Below, piece by piece: positions 20,637 to 29,638 of a stretch of 64,000 nt of DNA (positions are counted from its first letter, which is position 1; every line of letters starts with the position of its first letter). The DNA lies in assembly GCA_964609895.1 (NCBI GenBank), contig CAZSTG010000003.1, positions 7,574 through 71,573 of the forward strand, in the 5' to 3' direction. The position numbers and the translations under genes are program-made. The notes beneath the pieces were generated by a model. That model was not told the DNA's origin. It saw only the letters and a list, made by a program, of their open reading frames with translations, and did not search any database. The stretch is from an uncultured Gammaproteobacteria bacterium (GTDB taxonomy: Bacteria > Patescibacteriota > Microgenomatia > UBA10105 > UBA927).

Positions 20637-21278
20637 ATGTGGTATACAGTTACAAAACGGTTGATTGATATTGTTGCAAGTATACTCCTCATCAGTACGA
20701 TTTTTTTGCCTGTCATCATCATTACTTCCATTGCCATTCTTTTGGATTCGGAAGGTCCGGTGTTGGCGGATACTCCGAACCGCGTGGGTAAAAACGGAAA
20801 GTTGTTTAAATTGTTTAAATTTCGTTCCATGGTGGTGAATGCCCATCAGATGCTACGGAGTGATCCGAAAATGGCAAAACTATACGAAGAATACCGGCAC
20901 AACAGCTATAAACTGGTGCATGACCCGCGTGTAACCAGAGTCGGTAGGTTTATACGGAAGCACAGTATTGATGAAATTCCGCAGCTTTTTAATGTGCTCA
21001 AAGGCGATATGAGTCTTGTGGGGCCTCGGCCGTATTATGAAGATGAACTTCGGGAACAGCAGAAAAAATATCCGCAGACAAAACAGCTGGTGAAAGTGGT
21101 GTTGTCCGCAAAACCCGGAGTAACCGGTTATTGGCAGGTTTCAGGAAGAAGCGAAGTGAATTTCGACAAACGCATCCAGATGGACGCAGACTACGTGACC
21201 AAACGGTCGCTCTTGTTTGATATCCTTATTATTCTCAAAAGCCCGCTTGCGATGATTACCGGAAAAGGCGCGGTATAA
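20637..21278 (+). CDS. polyprenyl-phosphate glycosyl-1-phosphate transferase (bacterial sugar transferase, PglC/WbaP C-terminal type); priming enzyme
   Basis: [13 protein letters not shown] helix, [12 protein letters not shown] and [21 protein letters not shown] catalytic motifs. Start at Met 13 of ORF 20601, just after the upstream stop. Confidence 0.85.
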   Translation: MWYTVTKRLIDIVASILLISTIFLPVIIITSIAILLDSEGPVLADTPNRVGKNGKLFKLFKFRSMVVNAHQMLRSDPKMAKLYEEYRHNSYKLVHDPRVTRVGRFIRKHSIDEIPQLFNVLKGDMSLVGPRPYYEDELREQQKKYPQTKQLVKVVLSAKPGVTGYWQVSGRSEVNFDKRIQMDADYVTKRSLLFDILIILKSPLAMITGKGAV

Positions 21279-21467
21279 TCTCCACAGACAGAAGGTTGAC
21301 AACTCCTCGATAACTTGGAACAATAGAAGTCTACCACGTGCGCAGCATTTCATTAATTGTTTCGTAATAACAGTGTTTGGTAGACTGTTCGTTCGCATAT
21401 AGTATATAGTTAAATAGTAGGATACTAAGTTACTGAGGACGGGTAACGAAATTTCACTACACAGTCT

Positions 21468-23441
21468 ATGGAAGAACTAAAAAAAATCACCATTGAAGAA
21501 ACAGCCCCGACGATACAAACGCAAGGAAAAAAGAAAAAGAAGTTTCCATGGAAAGCTCTCGGCATTCCGTTCGGCATATTTGCAGTTCTTATCATTCTCA
21601 TCGGCATCATGCTGTTGCCTCTCCGCGGTGTTGTTGCCAAGGCAAAGGGAATGACGACGGTCGGTCAGGAAGCAATGCAGGCAGTCAAAGACAAGGATTT
21701 GGCGCTTGTAAAAACCAAACTGAATGAAACACGGACAAAATTGACGGAATTGCAGGCGGAGTATAAGAAAGTGCTTCCATTAAAATACGTGCCGTTGTTG
21801 GGTGCATATATTGCAGACGGCGAACACGCAATCAACGCCGGTTTTGCCGTTCTTACCGCAGGGGACAAGGCAGTGGAGGCAATTGAACCTAATGCAGACC
21901 TGCTTGGATTAAAAGGTGGCAGCAAGACATCGTTTCTTGAAGGAACAGCAGAAGAAAGACTTCAATTTGCGGTAAAAACAATGAGTGCGCTTCTGCCGAA
22001 GATCAATGAAGTGGCCGCAAGTGTTGCTACCATGCAGCAGGAGCTGTCTGCCATTGATCCAAACCGGTATCCGGAAAAAATCGGCAAAACAGTCATTAGG
22101 TCAAAAATGGTCGGCGGATTTGCCGTGATCGATGAGATGGCAAATCTCTTTGTGAATGCACAGCCGCTTCTCATGAACCTGCCGTCTTTGTTGGGTGATC
22201 CGACAGATAAACGGTATCTGGTGTTGTTTCAAAACGATAAGGAGCTCAGATCTACCGGCGGTTTTATTACTGCCTATGCGCAGTTTCGGATGGTGAAGGG
22301 AAAACCGATCCTTGAGAAAGCAGATGATATTTATGCGCTGGATGCATCACTCACGAAAAAATTTGCAGCCCCCAGAGAAATTCTTACCTTTCACAAAGGT
22401 GTATATAACCTCAATATCAGAGACAGCAATCTGTCTCCAGATTTTAAAGTTTCCATGCAGCAATTCATGGATATGTATAACGTCACAGGTGGTAAGGAAA
22501 AAATCGATGGTGTGATTGCAGTGGACACACATGTACTCGTGAAGATGCTGGAGGTATTGGGACCGATCAATGTGTATGGTCGTGAATTCAGCGCCGTGAC
22601 GGATAAACGGTGTGATTGTCCGAAGGCCGTGTATGAACTTGAGGATTATTCCACCCGACCAGTTGGGTATGTCCGTGAGGCACGGAAGGATATTATCGGG
22701 GTGTTGTTGCAGCAGATACTGCGGATGGCACTCGGCGTGTCTCCGTCCAAGTACTGGGGTAATTTGTTCCAAGTATTAGTTGATGAAATTAACCAAAAGC
22801 ATGTGCTTGCCTACTTTCTCGATACAACAACTCAAAAGGCAGCCGAAGACTTTAATCTTGCGGGTCGCATCATGACTGCATCGGAAAGCGCGGCGATTCT
22901 CAAATATGAAGAAGGAAAAGGATGGGATTATCTGCACATCAATAACAGCAATATGGCGGGTGCGAAGTCTAATATGTTTGTGTCCAGCAAGGTGACGAAA
23001 GACACGACAGTAGAGGGGAACAAACTGACGACGAGGCTGACGATTGACTATAAGAATCCGTATCCAGGATCTGACTGCGGACTGGAAAGCGGCGGTTTGT
23101 GTCTGAACGCGCCGCTTCGGAACTGGGTGCGTGTGTATGTTCCCGCAGGAAGCACACTTGCCGAAAACAAGGGTGCCATATCGCCAAAGGATGGTGCAGC
23201 GGTGTCCATGGAAACCTATCAGAGTCTCGGAAAAACAATGTTCGAGGGATTTTTGATTGTCAATCCAATGGGCACAGCAAAGCTGGAACTGACCTACACA
23301 TCACCGGTGGCCGTGGACGGACAGTATAAACTGCTCATTCAAAAACAGGCAGGTACTGATGGTGAGGAATATATATTGAAATTGAACGGAAAACAGAAAA
23401 AAGATCTGCCTCTTGTCGGCGACACCGAGTTTATTTTTTAA
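21468..23441 (+). CDS. DUF4012 domain membrane-anchored protein
   Basis: 657 aa, one N-terminal TM helix. FQNDKELRSTGGFITAYA matches my recollection of the DUF4012 signature. Often found next to glycan clusters. Confidence 0.5.
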   Translation: MEELKKITIEETAPTIQTQGKKKKKFPWKALGIPFGIFAVLIILIGIMLLPLRGVVAKAKGMTTVGQEAMQAVKDKDLALVKTKLNETRTKLTELQAEYKKVLPLKYVPLLGAYIADGEHAINAGFAVLTAGDKAVEAIEPNADLLGLKGGSKTSFLEGTAEERLQFAVKTMSALLPKINEVAASVATMQQELSAIDPNRYPEKIGKTVIRSKMVGGFAVIDEMANLFVNAQPLLMNLPSLLGDPTDKRYLVLFQNDKELRSTGGFITAYAQFRMVKGKPILEKADDIYALDASLTKKFAAPREILTFHKGVYNLNIRDSNLSPDFKVSMQQFMDMYNVTGGKEKIDGVIAVDTHVLVKMLEVLGPINVYGREFSAVTDKRCDCPKAVYELEDYSTRPVGYVREARKDIIGVLLQQILRMALGVSPSKYWGNLFQVLVDEINQKHVLAYFLDTTTQKAAEDFNLAGRIMTASESAAILKYEEGKGWDYLHINNSNMAGAKSNMFVSSKVTKDTTVEGNKLTTRLTIDYKNPYPGSDCGLESGGLCLNAPLRNWVRVYVPAGSTLAENKGAISPKDGAAVSMETYQSLGKTMFEGFLIVNPMGTAKLELTYTSPVAVDGQYKLLIQKQAGTDGEEYILKLNGKQKKDLPLVGDTEFIF

Positions 23442-23448
23442 ACCGTGC

Positions 23449-24003
23449 ATGCATCATCTGCGGATAACCACATTGAATGCGTTTGTTCTAAAACGTAGGA
23501 ATGCCGGTGATTCAGATAAAGTTCTGACACTGTTTACAAAAACGACGGGAAAAGTCAGAGTGGTTGCCAAAGGAGTACGGAAAATAACGAGCCGTCGAGG
23601 TCCATACCTTGACGTCTTTAATGAAATCAGGATTACTTTGCATCAGGGAAAAACGTGGGATACGGTGTCTGAGGTGGACATGCTCGTATCAAGAAGAAAC
23701 GTGTATACCACATGGATGCGGATGCGTGCCGCGTATCTGATTGTTGAAGTGATCGACAGACTTTTACCTGACAGCGAGCCACAGCACGTGATATATGACC
23801 GACTTGGTGCCGTACTGACGGCAGTCGGAACGGCGAGCGACAGCGAAATAACTTCACTTCTGACGTCGTTTTTCAGTGGCGTACTGGAGGAACTCGGATA
23901 TGCCGCGCCAAACAAGGAATATGGCGAATTTTCAGAACTGATCGGGTATATTGAACGGATATCCGAGCGAAAAATCCGGAGTATGAAATTTTTTCTTTCC
24001 TAA
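23449..24003 (+). CDS. recO: DNA repair protein RecO (short form, no C-terminal Cys4 zinc motif)
   Basis: N-terminal OB-fold region FVLKRRNAGDSDKVLTLFTKTTGKVRVVAKGVRK aligns with E. coli RecO [34 protein letters not shown]. Only 185-196 aa. Confidence 0.65.
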   Translation: MHHLRITTLNAFVLKRRNAGDSDKVLTLFTKTTGKVRVVAKGVRKITSRRGPYLDVFNEIRITLHQGKTWDTVSEVDMLVSRRNVYTTWMRMRAAYLIVEVIDRLLPDSEPQHVIYDRLGAVLTAVGTASDSEITSLLTSFFSGVLEELGYAAPNKEYGEFSELIGYIERISERKIRSMKFFLS

Positions 24004-24009
24004 GTGATA

Positions 24010-24037
24010 TTGACAAAGAAGAAAAATGCACGATAAT
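24010..24037 (+). promoter_or_regulatory. sigma70-like promoter (TTGACA-N16-GATAAT) driving the glyS leader
   Basis: TTGACA at 24010-24015 and GATAAT at 24032-24037, read directly from sequence. Confidence 0.5.
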
Positions 24038-24045
24038 GAAAGGAG

Positions 24046-24193
24046 AACGCGTTGACAACCCTGGCAAGGTTTGAGCGGAAAAAAAAGAAATCAAGTGGGT
24101 ACAAGTCATTGGGATATCATGTTGTACCAAGCAGGGTGGAACCACGGGTCATACTCGTCCCTAGCATGTGTATGTGTGCGGGCGAGTTTTTTT
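24046..24193 (+). promoter_or_regulatory. T-box riboswitch-like leader (glycine specifier GGC-A candidate, compact Stem I, Stem III, antiterminator/terminator)
   Basis: GGCA at 24063-66. 7-bp hairpin GGTACAA/TTGTACC at 24098-24128 (Stem III position). T-box core AGGG-UGGAACC-ACG...CGU-CCC at 24133-24161 reproduces A1 / 7-nt UGGNACC bulge / A2 of the antiterminator. Overlapping terminator. 72 nt upstream of glyS. Confidence 0.5.
24154..24193 (+). terminator. intrinsic terminator of the glyS leader
   Basis: CTCGTCC...GGGCGAG, 7-bp stem including a G-U pair, followed by TTTTTTT (24187-24193). Confidence 0.5.
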
Positions 24194-24265
24194 ATGGCAA
24201 TCAAAGAAGTATACGCTGATGGAAAATTTTCTGCATGAGCGTGTACGATTTGATACAATAAATCT

Positions 24266-25582
24266 ATGACGAAGTTAGAGGAAATTATTGCACTCTGTAA
24301 ACGGCGCGGATTCGTGTATCCGACCAGTGATATCTATGGCGGTATCGGCGGATTTTATGATCTGGGACCGCAGGGAGTTGCCTTGACGCGGAATATCAAA
24401 GAGGCATGGTGGAAGGAAATGGTGACGAGCCGTGATGATGTGGTGGGACTTGATTCTGCAATTATTCTCAATCCAAAGACATGGGAAGCGTCAGGACATG
24501 TTGCCGCGTTTACCGATCCTCTGATTGAATGTAAACTCTGTCACAGCAGGCTTCGCGCAGATCAGGAAGATGAGATTGCCGCACACATTGCCTCTCATAA
24601 AACAAAAGGGGAACAAGATGTCATATTTACTGAACCTCGGCAATTTAATCTGCTTTTTAAAACATTTGTAGGTCCGGTAGAGGATTCAAAAAGTGTTGCA
24701 TACCTTCGTGGAGAAACGTGTCAGGGAATCTTCACCAATTTTAATAATATCGTAATGTCAAACCGCGTGAAGATTCCGTTCGGTATTGCGCAGATTGGGA
24801 AGGCATTCCGGAACGAAGTGACGCCGGGAAAATTCCTGTTTCGGGTTCGTGAATTCGAACAAATGGAACTTGAATATTTTGTTGAACCGAAAGATGCTGA
24901 CAGCGCGTTTGCCATGTGGAAAGAAAAACGGATGGCGTGGCACCTTTCCTTGGGTATTTCCAAGGAAAATATCAGATTACGGCAGCATGATCAGACGGAA
25001 CGGGCACATTACGCATCAGATTCTTGGGACATTGAGTATAATTTTCCGGAATGGGGTTTTAAAGAGCTTGAGGGACTTGCAAATCGTACAGATTATGACT
25101 TGAAAATACAGAGTAAATGGAGCGGTAAGGAATTGAAGGTAACGAATCAGGAAACAAAGGAAAGCTATTATCCATATGTTATCGAACCGTCGGTCGGCGT
25201 CACACGACTGATGCTTGCATTGTTATTTGAGGCATATACCAAAGACGGTGAACGAACTGTGTTGAAGTTCAAGCCCAGCCTTGCACCATACATGGCGGCA
25301 GTGTTTCCGCTGTTGCCAAATAAGGCGGAGCTTGTCACAAAAGCACGTGAGGTATACCTGATGCTGAAGGAAATATTTCCAACCACGTGGGATGACCGCG
25401 GTAACATAGGGAAACGATATCTTGCACAGGATGAAATCGGCACGCCGTGGTGTGTCACCATCGACTTCACCACGCTTGAAGATGGCGCCGTAACTATAAG
25501 AAATCGTGATACAACAACACAGGAACGTATTAGTGTACCTACTCTTGTTGACTATATTCATGCTCATAAACAATTGTCATAA
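24266..25582 (+). CDS. glyS: glycine--tRNA ligase, alpha2 (eukaryotic/archaeal-like) type
   Basis: MTKLEEIIALCKRRGFVYPTSDIYGGIGGFYDLGPQG N-terminus is diagnostic of class II dimeric GlyRS. 438 aa. Confidence 0.9.
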   Translation: MTKLEEIIALCKRRGFVYPTSDIYGGIGGFYDLGPQGVALTRNIKEAWWKEMVTSRDDVVGLDSAIILNPKTWEASGHVAAFTDPLIECKLCHSRLRADQEDEIAAHIASHKTKGEQDVIFTEPRQFNLLFKTFVGPVEDSKSVAYLRGETCQGIFTNFNNIVMSNRVKIPFGIAQIGKAFRNEVTPGKFLFRVREFEQMELEYFVEPKDADSAFAMWKEKRMAWHLSLGISKENIRLRQHDQTERAHYASDSWDIEYNFPEWGFKELEGLANRTDYDLKIQSKWSGKELKVTNQETKESYYPYVIEPSVGVTRLMLALLFEAYTKDGERTVLKFKPSLAPYMAAVFPLLPNKAELVTKAREVYLMLKEIFPTTWDDRGNIGKRYLAQDEIGTPWCVTIDFTTLEDGAVTIRNRDTTTQERISVPTLVDYIHAHKQLS

Positions 25583-25591
25583 GGAGGATAT

Positions 25592-26050
25592 ATGAAAAAA
25601 AGTCTGGTATGGATTCTGATCGGTTTGATTGTGATCGGCGCAGTTGCCGTCAGGTATGCACTGATCAAGGGAAGTCAGACAACGCCGCCTGCGGCGGAAG
25701 AAGTGGAAGAGGAAGTGACAGCTCCCGCGGACGCGAGTATTGTGGCTGACGTCACATGGAGCAAAGTCAAAGACAATACGGTGGTATTGTCAATTTCAGG
25801 GTTGAAGAATGGCTATAAAACAGTGACGTATGAATTGAGCTATGAAACACAGGGGGTGGTACAAGGGGTGACGAGCAGACCGCTTGACGTGGCAGGGAAA
25901 GACATATTTTCCCGTGATGACATTTATCTCGGTACCTGTTCCAAAAACGTCTGTAAACCGCATACAGGGGTGAAAAAAGTGTCGCTTGTTTTGGAATTTA
26001 CGGATACAAACGGCAAAAGAAGTCAGTTATCAAAGGACTTTGATCTGTAA
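25592..26050 (+). CDS. hypothetical membrane-anchored protein
   Basis: SD AGGAGG 8 nt upstream. N-terminal TM helix WILIGLIVIGAVAV, then a soluble domain. Confidence 0.5.
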   Translation: MKKSLVWILIGLIVIGAVAVRYALIKGSQTTPPAAEEVEEEVTAPADASIVADVTWSKVKDNTVVLSISGLKNGYKTVTYELSYETQGVVQGVTSRPLDVAGKDIFSRDDIYLGTCSKNVCKPHTGVKKVSLVLEFTDTNGKRSQLSKDFDL

Positions 26051-26078
26051 CAGAACACACAACATATACAAATAAAAA

Positions 26079-26105
26079 TAGAGGCGAATCCGCCTCTATT
26101 TTTTT
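26079..26105 (+). terminator. rho-independent terminator
   Basis: TAGAGGCG-AATC-CGCCTCTA: perfect 8-bp stem, 4-nt loop, then 7 T. Confidence 0.65.
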
Positions 26106-26240
26106 GGTTTCTTATCCACACGAAAGGAGCTAAAGACAGGAAGGCAGAGGGTGGGGGAAGTTTCGTGAAATACCCCTTGACAAGGCGTGAAAAATGGGTG
26201 AATATGGATATAGATGGGGAAAAGTGGTAAACTTTAGGGT

Positions 26241-26636
26241 ATGAAACTATTCCTTGGGGAATATAACCATACATTAGACGAACGGGGCAGAGTAACGCTA
26301 CCAAAAAAGGTGCGAAGTGAGTTAGGGGAGAGGGAATTCGTATTAACACGGGGGTTTGATACATGTATTTTTGGCTATGACATGGCGGCGTGGGAGAAGG
26401 AAGCGGCAAAGCAGCTGGAAACATCAGTTACAACAGAAGAGGGAAGAGCACTGAGACGGTACGTGTTTTCGGCAGCGGAGAAGGTTGAAACGGATAAGCT
26501 TGGACGGGTTATATTGCCTACCCACCTCAAGGAATATGCTCGGGTTGGGACAGAGGTAAAAGTGATCGGTGCCGGTGATCACTTTGAGATCTGGGACAGC
26601 AAACAATGGGCTGAATTCGTGAAGGGAAAGAAATAA
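26241..26636 (+). CDS. mraZ: transcriptional regulator MraZ
   Basis: Two SpoVT/AbrB-like halves (GRVTLPKKVR... and GRVILPTHLKEY...). First gene of the dcw operon. TTGACA at 26177 upstream. Confidence 0.85.
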   Translation: MKLFLGEYNHTLDERGRVTLPKKVRSELGEREFVLTRGFDTCIFGYDMAAWEKEAAKQLETSVTTEEGRALRRYVFSAAEKVETDKLGRVILPTHLKEYARVGTEVKVIGAGDHFEIWDSKQWAEFVKGKK

Positions 26637-26638
26637 CC

Positions 26639-27496
26639 ATGAGCACCTATCATACGCCGGTATTGTTGAACGAGGTTCTGGAAGGACTTGATGTTGAGAC
26701 TGGAAAACGCTATATAGACGCGACATTGGGAGGCGGAGGACATACACGGGCAATGCTAGAAAAAGGGGCGACTATACTTGCACTGGATGAAGATACAGAT
26801 GCAATAGAAGAGAATAAGAAGCTGATATGTCCACGACTCCGGATTGTGCAAGGGAATTTCCGAAATATCGAAACAATTGCCAAACAGGAAGGGTTTATAC
26901 AGGTAGACGGAATATTGTTTGATTTGGGAGTTTCCAGTCATCAAATCAACTCTCCCGAGCGGGGGTTTACCTTCAGATCTGACGAAGCGCCCTTGGATAT
27001 GCGCTTCAATATTAAAAACTTAAAAAGTGCGAGGGAACTCATTGCAACAGCACATGAGGATGAATTGTATGAAATATTTGCGAAATATGGTGAAGAAGAG
27101 CGTGCTCGGGCAATTGCTGTTCATCTTATCCGCGCCCGTCAGATAAGTCCGATAACGACGGCGGGGCAGCTGCGGAAGGTGATAGAAGAAGTAGTAGGCA
27201 CAGGAAAAGCGAGCACTGGAAGCATTGCGCGAATATTTCAGGCAATTCGGATTGTCGTGAATGACGAGTTGCAGGCGTTGGAGGAAGGAATCGCCGGAGC
27301 AATGCATCTTGTCCGAAGAGGAGGGAGAATAGCGGTTATAAGCTTTCATTCTCTCGAGGACAGGATTGTCAAACGGGCATTTCGGAAATCAGGATACAAA
27401 GAAATTACAAAAAAGCCGGTTATGGCAACGGAAGACGAGGAAACAGAGAATCCTCGGTCACGAAGCGCAAAGCTTCGGGTTGTCGAAAAACCGTAA
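26639..27496 (+). CDS. rsmH: 16S rRNA (cytosine1402-N4)-methyltransferase RsmH
   Basis: HTPVLLNEVLEGL, DATLGGGGHT and DLGVSSHQI motifs. Confidence 0.9.
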   Translation: MSTYHTPVLLNEVLEGLDVETGKRYIDATLGGGGHTRAMLEKGATILALDEDTDAIEENKKLICPRLRIVQGNFRNIETIAKQEGFIQVDGILFDLGVSSHQINSPERGFTFRSDEAPLDMRFNIKNLKSARELIATAHEDELYEIFAKYGEEERARAIAVHLIRARQISPITTAGQLRKVIEEVVGTGKASTGSIARIFQAIRIVVNDELQALEEGIAGAMHLVRRGGRIAVISFHSLEDRIVKRAFRKSGYKEITKKPVMATEDEETENPRSRSAKLRVVEKP

Positions 27497-27504
27497 AAAA
27501 CAGT

Positions 27505-27798
27505 ATGAACACAATTACAAAAATAACCATTCCAACCGCTCTATTGTTTGTTCTTCTGTTGACAGCACAGATCATGTATTCCTGTCAGCTCGTCGGAGAC
27601 GGGAAGGAAATCAAAGAAATTGACCAGCAGATCGACCAGATGCGGCAGCAGGTATTACTTTCGGAAGAACAGGTAGCTTCGGCATCTTCATTGACAACAA
27701 TTCGGGAAAAAGCTACGGCGATGGGATTTTCATCCGCCTCCAAAGTTGTCACCATGAACTCCGACAATCTTGTTGTAGCCTTCGGACAAAGCAGATAA
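27505..27798 (+). CDS. ftsL: cell division protein FtsL-like (single TM plus coiled coil)
   Basis: 97 aa, TM helix then heptad-like EIDQQIDQMRQQVLLSEEQ. Position between rsmH and ftsI. Confidence 0.5.
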   Translation: MNTITKITIPTALLFVLLLTAQIMYSCQLVGDGKEIKEIDQQIDQMRQQVLLSEEQVASASSLTTIREKATAMGFSSASKVVTMNSDNLVVAFGQSR

Positions 27799-27818
27799 AA
27801 TAACCATAAGTACTACGT

Positions 27819-29495
27819 ATGTGGCGTATCTGGTCCATTTTTTCAGTATTTTTGTTCTGTTTCCTTCTTATAATAGGCCGGTTATTCTATTGGCAGGTCA
27901 TTTCCAGTACACGGCTCAAGGCGGAAGCTGCATCTCAGCACTTTCTTGAACTGTCGCTTCCAGCTGAACGTGGGACTATAAAAACGGCTGACGGATATGC
28001 GCTTGTCATGAATAAGGCTGCCTATCTGGTGTATGCGGAACCGAAAAATATTACGAATCTGCCCATATATTTCAAAACAGTCGGTCAAATACTGGGTATA
28101 CCCGAGGCGACGATATCGGCGATGGTGACACAGCCGAACCGCGTGTGGATACCAATCGCCCATAAAATAGACAATGACAAAGTGCAGCAACTGAAAGAGC
28201 TTGTTATCGGTGGAATAGGATTTGAAAAGGAACCGAAACGGTATTATCCGGAAGCGTCCATGGCTGCCAATCTGTTGGGATTTGTGGGACAGGATCAGAA
28301 TGGCAATGACAAAGGATATTTTGGTCTTGAAGGATATTATAACCGAGAACTGCAGGGAAAAACCGGCAGCATGACCATTGAAAAAGATGTGTCAGGCGCT
28401 CCGATTCTTATCGGAGAAAGTCTGCGTGTGGAACCTGCAAACGGGAGTACACTCCATTTATGGGTGGATCGGACAATCCAGAATATTGCAGAAACCAGAT
28501 TAAAGCAGGGTATTGAAAAATACGGGGCAAAAGAAGGATCTGTCGTCATCATGAATCCGAAAACCGGCGGAATTTTAGCAATGGCATCGTATCCGTCCTA
28601 TGATCCGTCCGCATACGCCGACTATGACAGAGAACTGTATAAGAATCCGATTGTCGCGTCCACGTATGAACCGGGATCCACATTCAAGGCTCTGGTACTT
28701 GCCGCGGCTATTGATGCAGGAGTGATACAAGCAGACACCATATTCGATGAGTCAGGCCCTGTGGAAGTCAGCGGGTATACCATCCGCACATGGAACAATG
28801 AGTATCACGGGCCGATCACCATGACAAAAGTACTGGAACATTCCTCTAATGTCGGTATGGTGTTCGCGGAAAAAAAGCTGGGGAAGGAGAAATTCATCAA
28901 GTTTATCAATGACGTCGGGTTCGGAACACTGACACATGTGGATCTGGAAGATGAAACAAGTCCGGAATTACGGGATGACGACGACTGGAAGGAAATCGAT
29001 CTTGCCACTGCATCATTCGGTCAGGGTATCGCAGTAACGCCGCTCCAGATGGTGCGTGCGACGGCGGCCATTGCAAACGACGGCTGGCTTATGGAACCGC
29101 ATATGGTAAAAACTATTGAGTCGGAGGGTGGGAAAAAGACGGAAATCAAACCAAAACGAGTTCGTCAGATATTCAGTGCAGCAACCGCTGAGATTGTTTC
29201 CGAGATGATGGTGTCAGCTGTCGACAACGGGGAGGCGAAATGGGCAAAGCCAAAAGGATACAGGATTGCCGGAAAAACAGGGACGGCGCAGATTCCTGTA
29301 GCAGGCCATTATGACGACAAAAAAACAATTGCCTCTTTTGTCGGTTTTGCGCCGGCTGACGATCCGAAATTCGTTATGCTTGTGACGCTTCGTGAGCCAT
29401 CGTCTTCCCAGTGGGGTTCTGAAACAGCCGCTCCCTTGTTTTTTAACATCGCCAAGGACATATTTTTATATATGGGCATTCCGGCGGAGCAATAA
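27819..29495 (+). CDS. ftsI: peptidoglycan D,D-transpeptidase (class B PBP, FtsI/PBP2 type)
   Basis: N-terminal TM. STYEPGSTFK (SxxK), SSN and KTGTA motifs. Confidence 0.85.
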   Translation: MWRIWSIFSVFLFCFLLIIGRLFYWQVISSTRLKAEAASQHFLELSLPAERGTIKTADGYALVMNKAAYLVYAEPKNITNLPIYFKTVGQILGIPEATISAMVTQPNRVWIPIAHKIDNDKVQQLKELVIGGIGFEKEPKRYYPEASMAANLLGFVGQDQNGNDKGYFGLEGYYNRELQGKTGSMTIEKDVSGAPILIGESLRVEPANGSTLHLWVDRTIQNIAETRLKQGIEKYGAKEGSVVIMNPKTGGILAMASYPSYDPSAYADYDRELYKNPIVASTYEPGSTFKALVLAAAIDAGVIQADTIFDESGPVEVSGYTIRTWNNEYHGPITMTKVLEHSSNVGMVFAEKKLGKEKFIKFINDVGFGTLTHVDLEDETSPELRDDDDWKEIDLATASFGQGIAVTPLQMVRATAAIANDGWLMEPHMVKTIESEGGKKTEIKPKRVRQIFSAATAEIVSEMMVSAVDNGEAKWAKPKGYRIAGKTGTAQIPVAGHYDDKKTIASFVGFAPADDPKFVMLVTLREPSSSQWGSETAAPLFFNIAKDIFLYMGIPAEQ

Positions 29496-29638
29496 TACAG
29501 TGATGGAGTAGCGTGTTTGTTTGGTGAATCACTGATGCTAGAAAATTGTCATACGAGAAAAATACTATAAGCTTCATTTAGCTTCAGTTTGATCATATAC
29601 ATAGCCGTGCGTGTCGTTCTTTTGATATAATAGAGTCC

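Noticed and set aside
24194-24238. 14-codon uORF (MAIKEVYADGKFSA) right after the glyS leader terminator
   Set aside because: No SD. Likely fortuitous, though a leader-peptide role cannot be excluded.
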